DNA of 64,000 bases, taken from NCBI RefSeq assembly GCF_009914755.1, contig NC_060935.1. One strand, 5' to 3'. Below are positions 26,541-40,042 of the stretch, in pieces (positions within the stretch are counted from its first letter, which is position 1; each line of letters starts with the position of its first letter). The position numbers were made by a program, and so were the translations under genes. The notes under the pieces are model-generated. The model saw only the letters and a program-made list of their open reading frames with translations, did no database searches and was not told where the DNA came from. This DNA comes from the human T2T-CHM13v2.0 reference genome, Homo sapiens.

Positions 26541-27214
26541 AGGACTAGAAAAGGACCCTAGAAGCTGGACTGACCCCAGATGATGCAGCTCCGAGAAAAC
26601 TATGCTTCTGCTTAAAGGGAAATACTGTACATCTTTTGCCACCCGAGGAATGCAAAATTCCCTTGGGAATTTTTAAGAAAGCTGGAAGTTAAAACTCAAG
26701 TGTGAAGCTCTCTTCCCTGAGCCAAGGAGCTTAGTTCAGTCTTTCTCCTCTGATTGCCAGCCGGGGCTGGGGAGAGGCAGAGCACTGGCCCCAGGCAAAC
26801 TTGGTTTGAGGCCAAATTCCAGGACTCTTGGGGCTGACTGGCAGCCACTCTGTCTGAGCAACCTGGGGGATCCTGAGAAAAGAATGAACATCCGAATCCC
26901 AGAACAAAATCAGCAATGATGATGCTCCTGCAGCCCGGGTCTGGCTGGGAGGCCACACAGTGGGGAGGATGAGGTCATGGTGACAAATGAGAGAAGGGGG
27001 AGGGCTCTAGAGTGCAGCAAGTCTGCCCACCAGCCAGAGCCGGGTGCTCAGAGCAAAGCCAGCCCCTCTCTTGTCTGCCACTGCTCTCCTGTGTGATCGT
27101 AGGAGAGTCACAATGTTTTTGGACTTCAGTCTATCCAGTGAGAAGATAGGAAACACAGCAGCAGCGGCTAGGTTCAGGAATGTCCAGAAAGTGAATAGAA
27201 TTATTAAAGAAAAA

Positions 27215-27535
27215 GGGGCTTGGTTGCTAGGGGTTTGGGTGGAGCACAGAGGATTTTTAGGTCAGGGAAGCTTTTGTGTGACACTGTAATGATGGATGCA
27301 TGACATTACACATCCTTAAAACCCTTAGGAAGTATAGCACCAAGAGGCAACTCTAATGTAATCTATGGACTTTGATTGATATTGACGTGCCAATGTAGGT
27401 TTATCTATTGCAACAAATGGACTACTCTGGTGGGGCATGTTGATGATGGGGGAGGATGTCGGAGAGTGAGAGGAGTATGTTGAAACTCCGTGTATTTTCT
27501 GCTTCATTTTGCTGTGAATCTAAAACTACTCTATC
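27215..27535 (+). mobile_element. L1MC/MB 3'UTR fragment
   Basis: ttgctaggggtt...atggatgcatgacattac...ctaatgtaatctatggactttg...ttttgctgtgaatctaaaact. Confidence 0.7.
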
Positions 27536-27824
27536 ATCTAGTCCAAAAGCCTACTTTAGGGCTATAAAGACAAAGTAATCAGATATTAAGTAAATAGTGA
27601 TATTTTATCAAGGATGATGTAATAAAAGAGATTAAGGAGTCCCCCCAAACATTCGTGTACCATGAAATTGCTCACATCTTGGTGTTGAGTGGTCCCGTCC
27701 ATTCGATGGGTATGGTAGTTTAATTTGGAACTTGGAGGGAGGAAGTAGACAAAAAACACTGCAGTTGCATTTTCTGCATCGCATTGGTATACTTTTAGGT
27801 CATTCCAAGATCACTGCCTTTTAA

Positions 27825-27862
27825 GATTTAGGAGATACAGTTACCTTTTGATGATCTGCAAG
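27825..27862 (+). repeat. 38-nt exact direct repeat, copy 1
   Basis: gatttaggagatacagttaccttttgatgatctgcaag, identical to 28640-28677. Confidence 0.95.
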
Positions 27863-27986
27863 TGCTTTTGTTCAGCATGTAGGTTTCCTGCTTTTTGAAG
27901 AAAGCCAGGATTATATATTGGCCTGAAGACAGTGCAGCAAGAAGCCCTGCGCTAGCGCTGTTGTGGCTAAAATGGTGGTGGTGCAT

Positions 27987-28250
27987 CTACTGTCCAATAG
28001 AACTCTCTGTGATGACAGAAATGTTCTAATTTGTACTTCTCTGATGTGGTAGCCACCAGCCACGTGCAGATACTGAGCACTTGAAATGTGACCAGTGCAA
28101 TTGAGGAACTGAAAATTTCATTTTATATTAATATCTTTAAACTACAAATTTAAATCATTTTATTTTAATAACTTTAAATTTTAATATTTTAATACTTTTA
28201 AATTTACATAGCCACACATGGCCAGTGGCCACTATATTAGACAGCATGGG
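27987..28250 (+). mobile_element. MER3/MER33 hAT-Charlie MITE
   Basis: ctgtccaatagaactctctgtgatgacagaaatgttct...gagcacttgaaatgtg...atattagacagc. Confidence 0.8.
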
Positions 28251-28639
28251 TCTAGGGCTATATCCTTCAGTAGTGCTTTTCCTACTCACCTCATGGTTTC
28301 TCAGGAGTTTGCTTTGCACGTTTCTGTGTGTCTGTGGAGAGGAGGGAATCATGTACAGGAATGCTGCAGGAATTCTAATGGATATGCCAAAGGCTTACCC
28401 TCAACCCACAAATATCTCAGACCCAAAATGCTGGAGCATCCTACTACATATCTACCTTTCACCTAAAAAAAAGAAAACATACAATGGAATCCAGGAAACA
28501 AGGCAGGGATTATGTAGAATTTCTTCGCTGTATATCTTGTTTTAAAAAATACGTCATTACATTTATAGTTGTATTATGTATAATGGGTCATGGGATCAAA
28601 CTGAGGTCTAAGGCTAGTCCTGGCTTTTGTGTCTTTCAG

Positions 28640-28677
28640 GATTTAGGAGATACAGTTACCTTTTGATGATCTGCAAG
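28640..28677 (+). repeat. 38-nt exact direct repeat, copy 2
   Basis: Identical to 27825-27862; immediately preceded by ttttgtgtctttcag. Confidence 0.95.
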
Positions 28678-28899
28678 CCCTTTGCTTGCTGCCTTTTTTG
28701 CTTTGCTTGCCTTTGCTACTAAGTTGTTGTCTGGCATGTGACAGCCCTCCTGGATTTCACTTTCCCCATGGTTAGTAAATAAAATGGGATAAACAACCCG
28801 TCAGCTCTCTGATATTATCTCAGATCTGAACAGAATATATTATTTTTTATTAAAAAATATGGAGACAGAAAACTTTACTTTAGACTGGTCTAAATCTGT

Positions 28900-29173
28900 A
28901 GCAGATTATTCAAAATGCGTACCATGTTCTGCAGTATGTTGCAAAGGAGAAAAGGGCGCTGTGGTGCAACCAGCTTGGGATACACAGGTTAAGGTTACAT
29001 AGGTTTCTTGATTTTAGGACTCCTCAAAGCCTTTAATATTCTAATGTGCATTATGACTTTTCAGGTGGGGAATCCAGCTGCTGCCTTTCTCAAAAGACCC
29101 TCAAATTATTTCTGCTGGAGGAGTGTCTTCCAGGAAGGACTAATGGTTTGTGGAATACACTTTGGGAAATGCT
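28900..29173. mobile_element. Old hAT-Charlie relic (MER103/MER112-like)
   Basis: ggactcctcaaagcctttaatattctaatgtgcatt...ggaatacactttgggaaatgc. Confidence 0.55.
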
Positions 29174-30207
29174 TATCTTGAGGCAGCATGAGTGTTTTTT
29201 CGGGACTCAGCTGTCTCCCCAACTTTGGCCTGTCCTTGCCTGTCATGCGGGGCATGCAGGAATGGAATTCTGCACATGGCAAAGGGCTGAATCCTGCTTT
29301 TCTTCACACAGGTGCAGCTCCCCACAGCACCAGCTCTCCAGCTGCCCCCACACAGCCTGTTTTGTGCTAGGGCTATCGCGATTTGCAAATTCCTTCTCTA
29401 GCTCAAGTGCATGGACCCAGAAAATGCCCCTGCTTGAGGGCCAATGTTGACCAAGGCCCTCAGCAGTAATGTGACCTCTGTGGGAGCAGCACCTCGCAGA
29501 GGGCAGAGTTTGGCTCTATGCTTGTACCATTGGTGGTAAATTCTGCTGAGCTCTATGGATCCATCTGGATGAAAAGGTCTGTATAAATGCAAGATCATTA
29601 TCATCATCAGCTGTCCCAGTTGGAGCCTACTGATTCTCAAGCCCACAGTCAATGGGGCCTTTCCAACAATTCCATTGTACATGGCTTGGAAAAGGTGTAA
29701 TTACACGAAGCTGAATATCTTCTGGAGAGACAGACACGTTCATGTCTGTCCCAGGAGTGTTGGAGAGGAATCTCTCAGGCCTCTCATTAGGCACATGGAG
29801 AGAGGTGCCCTCCAGGCCTGGCCCAGGTCAGGGACAAGTCAGAAGCTACATCTGGAGCAGATCCAGGATCTTATCCTGGTGCACACGAGGGGCCAGCATC
29901 GTGCTTGCACATTTATAGCTCAGGTGCTCTCTGGTGTTACCAGGAAGCTGCTGGGAAGAGACGGAGGCCGGAGAGTGTCCCAGGACAATGCTTCCTTCAC
30001 TCATGTTCATTTTTAACTTTAAAAAATGGCCTCCATGATCCCCAAAATGGTCTTTTGGTGTGAGGGAAGTGGTTGCTGTAAGGAAAGTCTCTGCTCGACA
30101 CACACAAAAATTCTCCTCCATGACTTTGGACCATGTCTCTGATAAAAAGACTGGCTGGGTGAGGAGTCCAGCCTGCAGACCTCCCATTTGTCCTGAGTCC
30201 TCTGTTG

Positions 30208-30482
30208 CAGTGGTCCTCAATCCCCAGGTTAGGGATCAGTACCAGTTCCTCTTAGGAACTGGGCCGCACAGCAGGAGGTGAGCAGCAGGCCAGCCAGCAA
30301 GCATTGCTGCCAGAGCTCCGCCTCCTGTCAGATCAGTGATGGCATTAGTTTCTCGTAGGAGCGTAAACCCCATTGTGAACTGGCCATGTGAGGTATCTAG
30401 GTTGCATGCTCCTTATGAGAATCTAACTAATGCCTGATGATCTGAGGCGGAACAGTTTCATCCCAAAACCACCCCCGCCCAC
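30208..30482 (+). mobile_element. MER1-family hAT-Charlie element, truncated
   Basis: cagtggtcctcaatcccc...aggaactgggccgcacagcaggaggtgagc...ccttatgagaatctaactaatgcctgatgatctgag. Confidence 0.85.
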
Positions 30483-31202
30483 TGTGAACTCAGAGAGCAC
30501 CTCAGCCTATGGTCAGGTACCATCTACAGCACTTGTGCCTTAAACACCCATCAGCAGATATGAAGATTTCCCAAAGCATGCCTCAATTTAGGGTTGTGCA
30601 AACTAGTGTAGCCTCTTGCCTATAAATGAAGACTAAGGGCTCCATCCAACCAGCTCGCTTGTCTGGGTCCAGTCTCCAGAACTCTTCCAGCTTCCCTGTA
30701 GTAAAAGAACACACCTTGGTGGGCATTGTTCATTTATCAGTGCACAGGGCCACGTTGACAAAGTCTTAATATTTAATGGCTTACGAGTCTAATAATAAAA
30801 AAATTAAAACTCTATCTCTCGTTGTTCTTAAAAATGAGCCTGATTTATCCCATTCATTAGGCTCTTATGTCTCTGTCTGGAATCAAGATGTCAGATCTTT
30901 AGCCTAAGTAACATTAAGAGTAAGGAGGATAATGCAAATAATGCCCAAGGTTGCCCTTAAAAAATCGTAAAGAAATGAATAGGCTATCCCAGCTTTACTA
31001 GCACATATTTCACAAGTTGTGCTTAGCAAATACAGTCCTCATGAGTGCCACCTTTTATTTGGCAGTAAAACCTCCTCTGATCCCATCTGCAAACCCAGTA
31101 CTTAGCATGGAAGGATCCCATTAGCTAACATCATCTGGCTCAGGAGCGCCCTCTCCAGGTGCTGATTTTCATTCATATCCCAGACTACCAGGATTGCACT
31201 TA

Positions 31203-31920
<718 letters not shown>

Positions 31921-33021
31921 AAAGGGAAGGAGAGAGGCTTTCTCTGCTTCTTTCTAAAAGTTTCAGACCAGTTCTATCCAACTCAGTCCAGGAAGGGAGA
32001 ATGACTAAGTGTGTGGAGAGAATGCTCTGGGTGAGTGTGATTCTAGAGTAACACATCAGCTGTTTATACTCCATATGAGCACATCTCAAGGTATGGGAAG
32101 TTTGTTGGGTTTTTTTGTTTTTTAAATCCCACACCTTTAAGATGAAATTCTGTCCCACTGAGACCCTGCTGAGCAGAAAATAATAGGTATCAACCACCTT
32201 TCCTCAAGCTTCCTCCACCTGAAGCCTGAGAGCAATGTGGCTGAAGGGGGACAGGAGGTGTGTGGTGAAGGGATGGAGAGGTTTCTAGCTTGAATGATTT
32301 TTTCACTAGGTCAGCTCGTGGCCTCCGTGACAGTGGGGGTGAAATTATTAAAACAGAAACACCTTCACTGCAGCAGGTTCAGTTGTGACACATATGATGT
32401 TTTATAAAGTCCATATTTCTGTCCAGTATGGGAAATTTTCAGATCAAACCTCAATCAGAAAGTTATTGAACTAGCCAAGAAGAGGAAGATAATGTGGAGA
32501 CAGAATTGCAGTCCCACATAGGATGGGGCTGTGGGCCAGGGCACACAAGTGCAGGTTACAGGGAAGCACAAAGCCATAGGGCCAAGGAAACAGAGAGAAG
32601 CAGTTCAAGAGAGGAGTGCATGAGGAGTTCTGGGCATCTTCTAAAGTGTATGGAAGAGAGATAATCTTCTGAGAGTCACTTTTGGCAGAGCCCATGCAGA
32701 TTTTTTAAAAAACCTTTTAGAATCTTGAGAACATTTCAAATGTGCAGAAAAATTGCAAATATATCCAAAGAACTCCCCAAAACATATTCTTTATGCAGAC
32801 TCACCAAGTGTTAACATTTTGCCACATTTACTTTGCCATGCTGTCCCTCTCCCTTCCTCTCTCTCTATAATTTTTTTCCTGAACATTTAAGAGCAAGTTG
32901 CAGACACAATGACATTTTACTCCTGCATACTGTGTGGATTTTCTGAGAACAAGGTCATTCTTTTATATAACCTCGGTACAAATGTTAAAGCTAGGAAATT
33001 TAGCAAAATTTTTATTGAATC

Positions 33022-33475
33022 CAGAAGTAGGTAAAATTTTTTTCTGCAAAGGGCCAGGGAGTAAATATTTTCAGTTTATGGGCCAGGGGTGTTCAATCTT
33101 TTGGTTTCCTTGGGCCACACTGGAGGAAGAAGAATTGTCTTGGGGCACACATAAAATATACTGACACCAATGATGTTGATGAGAAGAAAAAACCCTCAAA
33201 AAAAATCTCATAATGTTTTAAGAAAATTTACAAATTTGTGTTGGGCCGCATTCAAAGCCTCCTTGGGCTGCATGCAGCCTGCAGGCCGTGGGTTGGCAAG
33301 CTTGTTATAGGCTATACAGTCTCTGTCACAACTATTCATCCATGCCTTGGCATACAAAAAACAGCCATAGACAATACACAAATGATTGTACATGGCTGTG
33401 TTCCAATAAAACTTTATTTGAAAAAATGAGTGGCAGGCCAAATTGGGCTACAGGACCATAGTTTGCTGACTGATG
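33022..33475 (+). mobile_element. MER58A hAT-Charlie MITE interrupted by MER30
   Basis: tttctgcaaagggccagggagtaaatatttt...ggctgtgttccaataaaactttattt...ccatagtttgctgac. Confidence 0.85.
33084..33304 (+). mobile_element. MER30 hAT-Charlie MITE with 8-bp TSD
   Basis: caggggtgttcaatcttttgg...ggttggcaagcttg; TSD ttatgggc / ttataggc. Confidence 0.88.
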
Positions 33476-33667
33476 ATCAAACCTGTGTCTTTCATGATTG
33501 ACATTCTTTTTTTTTTTTTTTTTTCTGAGACAGGGTCTCAGTCTGTCATCTAGGCTGGAGTGCAGCCATGGCTCACTACAACCTCGACCGCCTGAGCTCA
33601 AGTGATTCTCCCACCTCAGCCTCCTGAGTAGCTGGGACCATAAGCATGCGCAATCACACCCAGCTAA

Positions 33668-33994
<327 letters not shown>

Positions 33995-34032
33995 TAATTT
34001 TTTTATTTGAAGAGATGAGGTCTCACTATGTT

Positions 34033-34496
<464 letters not shown>

Positions 34497-34974
34497 TAAA
34501 ATGTCCTTCAATATGGTTTTCCCTGGTGTTTCTTTGCAATAAGATTTAGGTTATATAATTTTAGCAGGAATATAACACAAGTGATGTGCTTTTCTTAGTA
34601 CATCATAGCAGGGCCACGTGATGATGGTTGGTCCTCCTATTGGGGCTGAAGCATATGTTTTTAAAATGAGGGATTTGAGTAATTTCAAACAGAATAAGAA
34701 ATGGTTCTGCAGATGGTAGCAAGAGCCGTGGCACATAGAAGGGATATCTGAAGGGGAGGACCTGGGCAAGGAGAAGGGGGGCATCCAAGCCTTGCTAGAG
34801 CACAAAAGTGGAGCAATAACAATAGTTATTAGTAATAATGAGATATTATGTATTGAACACTAATGTGCCAGACACCATGAAAAGTATTTAAAAATATGTC
34901 ATCTCCTTTAATCCTCTCATAATGGTATGAAGCATGATCTATTATTATTCCATTTCACAAATGGAATAATAAAG

Positions 34975-35972
34975 GTGTAGGGGAGGTGGGAAAGGGCAAC
35001 AGTAGCCCCAGTTCTTCTCTCCTCCCTATATCTGTTGCCGTTGCCATGTAACTTTGCTGTTCTTTCCACAAAAGGGTCAGGGTATTGTAGAGGAGGAAAA
35101 GTATCTTTTCCTCACCTATTGCTAGGTTCATGGCTAAGGCCTCTGTAACAAAAGATGGTTTAACAAAAGAAAAGCTTACAAATTTATTTAAGATAAGTTT
35201 TACATGACACAGGAGCTTTCTAAGGAAAGGAACACTCAAAGAAACAGTTAAACTTGTGTATTTTTATGCTAAGTTTGACTAATAATGGACAATCATGAAG
35301 ACAAATAATTGGACAAAAGGGTTATGGTGTAATGGTAATAAACTGGGAGAACTTAGCAAGGCCTCTTTGGTCAGATTCTTCTCTGATACCCTGTGTCTTC
35401 AGAGATAAAGATGTTTCTTTCCTCCAGGTATAGGGAGAACATCTTGCGAATGGGGGTCTTATATGACCCATTTCAGGGTAAGGTCAGAAAATCGTTCTTA
35501 GGTTTTGTGACCTGCTTCAAGGGAGAAGAGCGAGAGGAAGGTGAGAGTGACTTTCCTTCTCCTGCTGTTTCCTCAGATGCCAAGGTGCCATATTTTGGGA
35601 TAGTGTGTCCTGAACTCTGTCACTGTATTTTCTTACCCCTTGGTACTGAGTTTTGCTGTGTGACTTCTTTTGACCAAAGGAATGAGGCAAAAGTGACCAT
35701 GTGCCAGTTTGGAGCTTAGGTCTTAGAGACTTTGCATGTTGCTGCTTGCTCTCTTGTGCCTCTGTCATTGCCAAGAGAAGAACATGATGTGGGCTCCCTC
35801 TGGTCCTGAGAAGAGGATGAGAGCTGTGCAGAGCAGAGCTTTAGTATCCAAGCCCAGCCTATGTCAACCAAACCTCAGTTGACTTGCAAACTTGTAAGAA
35901 ATATAAAATGATTGTTAATTTAAGTCACTGTGTTTGGGGATGATTTGTTATGCAGCACTGGCTAACTGATAT
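34975..35972 (+). mobile_element. MLT1F/G-like MaLR LTR interrupted by an ERV1 LTR
   Basis: tgtgacttcttttgaccaa...gtgccagttt...taagtcactgtgtttggggatgatttgttatgcagca...taactgatata. Confidence 0.7.
35086..35624 (-). mobile_element. MER31/MER34-type ERV1 solo LTR with 4-bp TSD
   Basis: Reverse strand begins (a/t)gtgacagagttcaggacac...ccaaaatatggcaccttggc and ends ...ctaca; gtat at 35082-35085 and 35625-35628. Confidence 0.75.
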
Positions 35973-36009
35973 AAAGGACTTAATTAACTTGCCCATGGCC
36001 ACACAACTA

Positions 36010-36335
36010 CAGTAGTCCCCACTTGTCCAGGGTTTTGCTTTCTGCAGTTTCAGTCAGAAAATAGGTGAGTACAATTCAATAAGATATTTTGAGAGAGAGA
36101 GAGACCACATCCATACAACTTTTATTACAGTATATTGTTATTATTGTTCTATTTTATTATTAGTTATTATTTATCTATTACTGTGCCTAATTTATAAATT
36201 AAAGTTTATCATATGTACTTATGTATATATAGGAAAAAACATAGTATCTATATATGGGGTTCAGTACTCTTTGAGGTTTCAGGCATCCACCAAGGGTCTT
36301 GAAACATATCTCCTGCAGATAAGGGGAGACTACTA
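36010..36335 (+). mobile_element. MER44A (Tigger-derived MITE) with TA TSD
   Basis: cagtagtcccc...gaaaataggtgagtac...gataaggggagactacta, flanked by TA. Confidence 0.88.
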
Positions 36336-36497
36336 TACCAGTTATGCAGCCAGATTTTGAAGACAAATGAATATTCCATAAACTGTCATTTTAACCATCA
36401 TGCTCTAGTTACACATTGCTGTATAATTTACGCTTATGTGGATCTTTCCCCAAAATCCTTTTGTTGACTTTATAAAGTCCATGTGTTCTTAGAGAAT

Positions 36498-36675
36498 CAG
36501 GGGTTCTTAAAATGTTGGGGATCATTTAGAGAATCTGAGCCTGCTTCCTTCTCCCCATCAAAAGATCAGGCAAACAAACATACAAGACTGCACGCAATTT
36601 TGGGTGGTTCATGGGTTCCCCCAAGCTTTTTCATGAATCACCCGGAAATGTATGAACTACAGGTAAAGAATCCTG
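36498..36675. mobile_element. Old hAT-Charlie MITE (MER117-like)
   Basis: caggggttcttaa ... gtaaagaatcctg inverted ends. Confidence 0.5.
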
Positions 36676-37099
36676 GCTCTACATCTGAATCTGATCCAGG
36701 TAGACCCTCCCTAATGGCTACAATCAAGATTTTTTATTATAAAAAACAGGTGGACAGATTCACTTGCTAGATTCTTCCCTTTCATTTGTGTAGCATTTTC
36801 TATATTTGATGCCAAGCTACTTTGTTTATCCTCATACCTCCCATTTCCAAAGCCCTTTGGCTACACTTTAAAAACCAAAAATATCTTCGTGGTAATCTAG
36901 AAACAAGTGGGTTTTGTCAGAGTTGCTCTCCTGCCCCATTTTCTTTGCCTTTGCCATGATTTGTTCGTGTTTCCGGCTTAAACCAGACCATATTTAGAAT
37001 ACCCCAGTCAGCCCCTCATTCTTCCTTTCTGGTAGGGCTTGGTATTGGTTTCTCTCTCAGGCCCAGTATCCATGTGTCCAAATGCTATGAGCTAGAAAG

Positions 37100-37325
37100 A
37101 TAGCAATAGCTGACATTGCTGAAAGCTCACTATGTGCTAAGCATGGAGAAAAGTGCCTTTTACCCATCATCTCACTAAATCCTTATAACAACCCAGGGAG
37201 GATGTTTACATTATTATCATTTTTATAGCTGGGGAAGCTGCGGCTAAGAGCTAAGTAAACGAGTAAAGAGTGGTGCCGGGACCTGAACCCAGATTCCATA
37301 ACCCGTATTGTTACCTACTGGCCTT
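37100..37325 (-). mobile_element. MIR SINE
   Basis: gctcactatgtgctaagc...ttttatagctggggaagctgcggct...gaacccag. Confidence 0.7.
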
Positions 37326-38949
37326 CTTTAGCACTAAGCCTCCGGACTTCTCTATTGTTTTTTGGGTCATCTTTTACGCTAATTGAAGGCAGAGTCTATG
37401 TCCTGTAATGATCTCCTAACTCCGTTTACTCCATAAATGATAGCTCTCCTCACCCCCATGGGCTTATAGTCCCAGGAATGAATTTTTGTTTGGCTTTCCT
37501 GTCCAATTTTGTTCTTATCACTTCAGTTCACGGAATTGGGCCCTTTCTCTGAGCCCCAGTATGACAGGCTGGCCCTGAAGAGATTTCGTGGTTGATAATT
37601 GGATACTGTGTGACCCCCAAATTACCCTGACCCTCAATCCACTACTAATGAATCCCTGTGGAAGCCACCATGTTGATGGTTGTCTACTGTTCATGAGATG
37701 CCCATGCCTTTTCTCTATGGGTTGCAATGGCCAGGAAAGTTTTCCTGGGGAGATTGAACCTGGGCTGGTCTTTGATAATCTGAAAGGCATGGGGAAAGAA
37801 ATCATTCATGAGTACAAGGATGAACTCCAAAGAGGCTGTTTCTAGGAACATAAACAAGTAAGGATTCAGTCATACAGTGATATTTTGTGTCCACCGTTTT
37901 GGTGAAATTAGTCCTTCTTCAAGCAGCTGGATTTGTATAATGCAGCCCCCCCCCAACCGAGCCCACCCCAAAAAAGAGGCTTAATTTGTTAGACACATGC
38001 AGGCAATATACAACTGTCTTTTAGGTAAACCTCATAAAAAGAGCTGATAAAGAAACACATCATCCCTTTATTAGAAGGAGAGGAGAAGTTGGTAACTAAG
38101 AGGTCACCAAAAAAAGGCCAAGGCTTCTAAGGTTTTGTTTCATTGTGTTTTAATCTCTCTCTGGTCAAATAAGGACAAGTGTTATCTAAATGCCTAAGGA
38201 GCAGCAAGTGAGATGGAAAGACCAGAAGTCAGGTAGCACTCCGGAAATCAGTGGTCCATTCACAGGGAAAAACTGAAAGTGCTCCCACCCTGGGACCTGA
38301 GGATTTGTAGTTTCAAAAGTGGCCAAAGGAGGAAAAGAAGAACCCTATTGGTCATACTGGGAGGACTGGGACACTGATGAACTTGCCAAAGTCTTCAGGG
38401 ACAACAAACGGTAACCCTCATCATCCAGGTCATTGCTGCCAAGTCAGGAAGCTTGGTCAGTCACCTCAGACAATGTGGGCTGGGTCCCTAAGACCAATAC
38501 AACAACATAGGAGCAACCAAATCCTCAGTGTGTGGGAATGTGGGCCCAGGGTGGATTACAGGTGAGCTGGGAGGTTGTCAGTCAATCTGTTATAACTTTA
38601 AGTTCCCTGAGTTTGCCAAAGGCCTTAGGGTAGGAGTGGAATTCAAGACAAGTAGCTGGATGCAAGTTTAAATATGCAGAGATGACCCTAGTCTCCTCCA
38701 TCCCCTACGTCTTAGTGTATCCTACACTTGATGGGGTGATGGTATTTCTTTGGAGAGAGTAAAAGTGAAAGTGGGGTGGGATGGTATTTGTTGTCTCTTT
38801 CCTTTCCATCTCTACCAAGTAACACTAGCTTTCTGTTGGAGGGAGGAAGCTGATTTTTATCCTGACTCTTTTCTCTTAGGTTGAAAGTTTTAAAATTTGT
38901 CTAACTTCCGAGAAAAATCCCTCAATCTGTTCTTTCTTTCTTTCTTTTT

Positions 38950-39267
38950 TTTTTTATTTTTTATTTTTTTATTTTTTTTTTTGAGACGGAGTCTCGCTGT
39001 CGCCCAGGTTGGAGTGCAGTGGCGCGATCTCGGCTCACTGCAGGCTCCGCCCCCTGGGGTTCACGCCATTCTCCTGCCTCAGCCTCCCGAGTAGCTGGGA
39101 CTACAGGCGCCCGCCACCTCGCCCGGCTAATTTTTTTTTTTGTATTTTTAGTAGAGACGGGGTTTCACCGTGTTAGCCAGGATGGTCTCGATCTCCTGAC
39201 CTCGTGATCCGCCCGCCTCGGCCTCCCAAAGTGCTGGGATTACAGGCGTGAGCCACCGCGCCCGGCC
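38950..39267 (-). mobile_element. Young AluY (AluYe5-like)
   Basis: Most CpGs intact; reverse strand reads gaaccccagggggcggagcctgcag, gggcgaggtggcggg and gcgacagcgagac, which I recall as Ye-lineage diagnostics. Confidence 0.9.
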
Positions 39268-40042
39268 TCTTTCTTTTTTTTAATGGTTCAATCTGTTCTT
39301 AAGGTCCAGAACTTCCACTGTTTTCCCATCAGTCTTTGTTTGAGAGCTAAGAATAGCAAGGAGGTTCCTAAAGCAAAGTTAGGAATAGCAGAACTAATTC
39401 CTTGACTCTGGAGAGCTTGTGGGCCATAAGATGCAAATGAATGTTAAATTGATCATTGATATGCTAGAAAACTTCAACCCAAGGCATCTCTTGATAGTTT
39501 TCTTTGACCTCCTATGTCCTTCAGGCCCACTGCAGAATTAAATACTACCCCGTCTTTTAACCCATTGCACTGTGTGTGTGTTAATAGAATTTATCACATT
39601 GTATTGCAATCAGTTTATGACCTACTTGAGAAGACAGACTGGACCTTCCTTAATTTTTTTGTGCCTGGAACCAAGTAGATGTTCAGTAATTAATTGTTGG
39701 TTGACTTGAAGTACATTTTCATGTACCTGCTAGAATCAAAATTCTTTAGAAATAAAATATGTAAAACATAAACTTTGATAGAGATGCTCTTTTCATTTAT
39801 CTTTTTCTCAAGCTTTCCTTTAAGTCACTTCATCTTGCTTTTCAACAGACCATCTTATTTTCCCCTGGGAGTCTGGACAAACCTCCTCTCTACTTCCTGT
39901 CAAAGATGGATTCCCTCTTAGGCATTCTTAGAAGTATAGCACAGTCATTTAAAAGTTATTTTAAAAATGGAGTAACCTCCACTAACATATCTGACATATC
40001 TGCTAATATTAGAAGACTTGGATTCTATAAAAGTTTTTTTTC

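Larger units (their letters stand above)
34820..36400 (-). mobile_element. MIR split by MLT1, MER31-type LTR and MER44A
   Basis: gtattgaacactaatgtgccag...ccatttcacaaatgga; resumes taattaacttgcccatggccacacaacta. Confidence 0.55.

Noticed and set aside
27825-28677. 38-nt repeat as a CRISPR-like array or snoRNA
   Set aside because: Only two copies 815 bp apart in eukaryotic DNA; TGATGA is present but there is no suitably placed D box or terminal stem
38860-38890. Splice-acceptor-like tract (others near 7318 and 40568)
   Set aside because: No matching donor or coherent reading frame; such motifs are frequent in noncoding DNA
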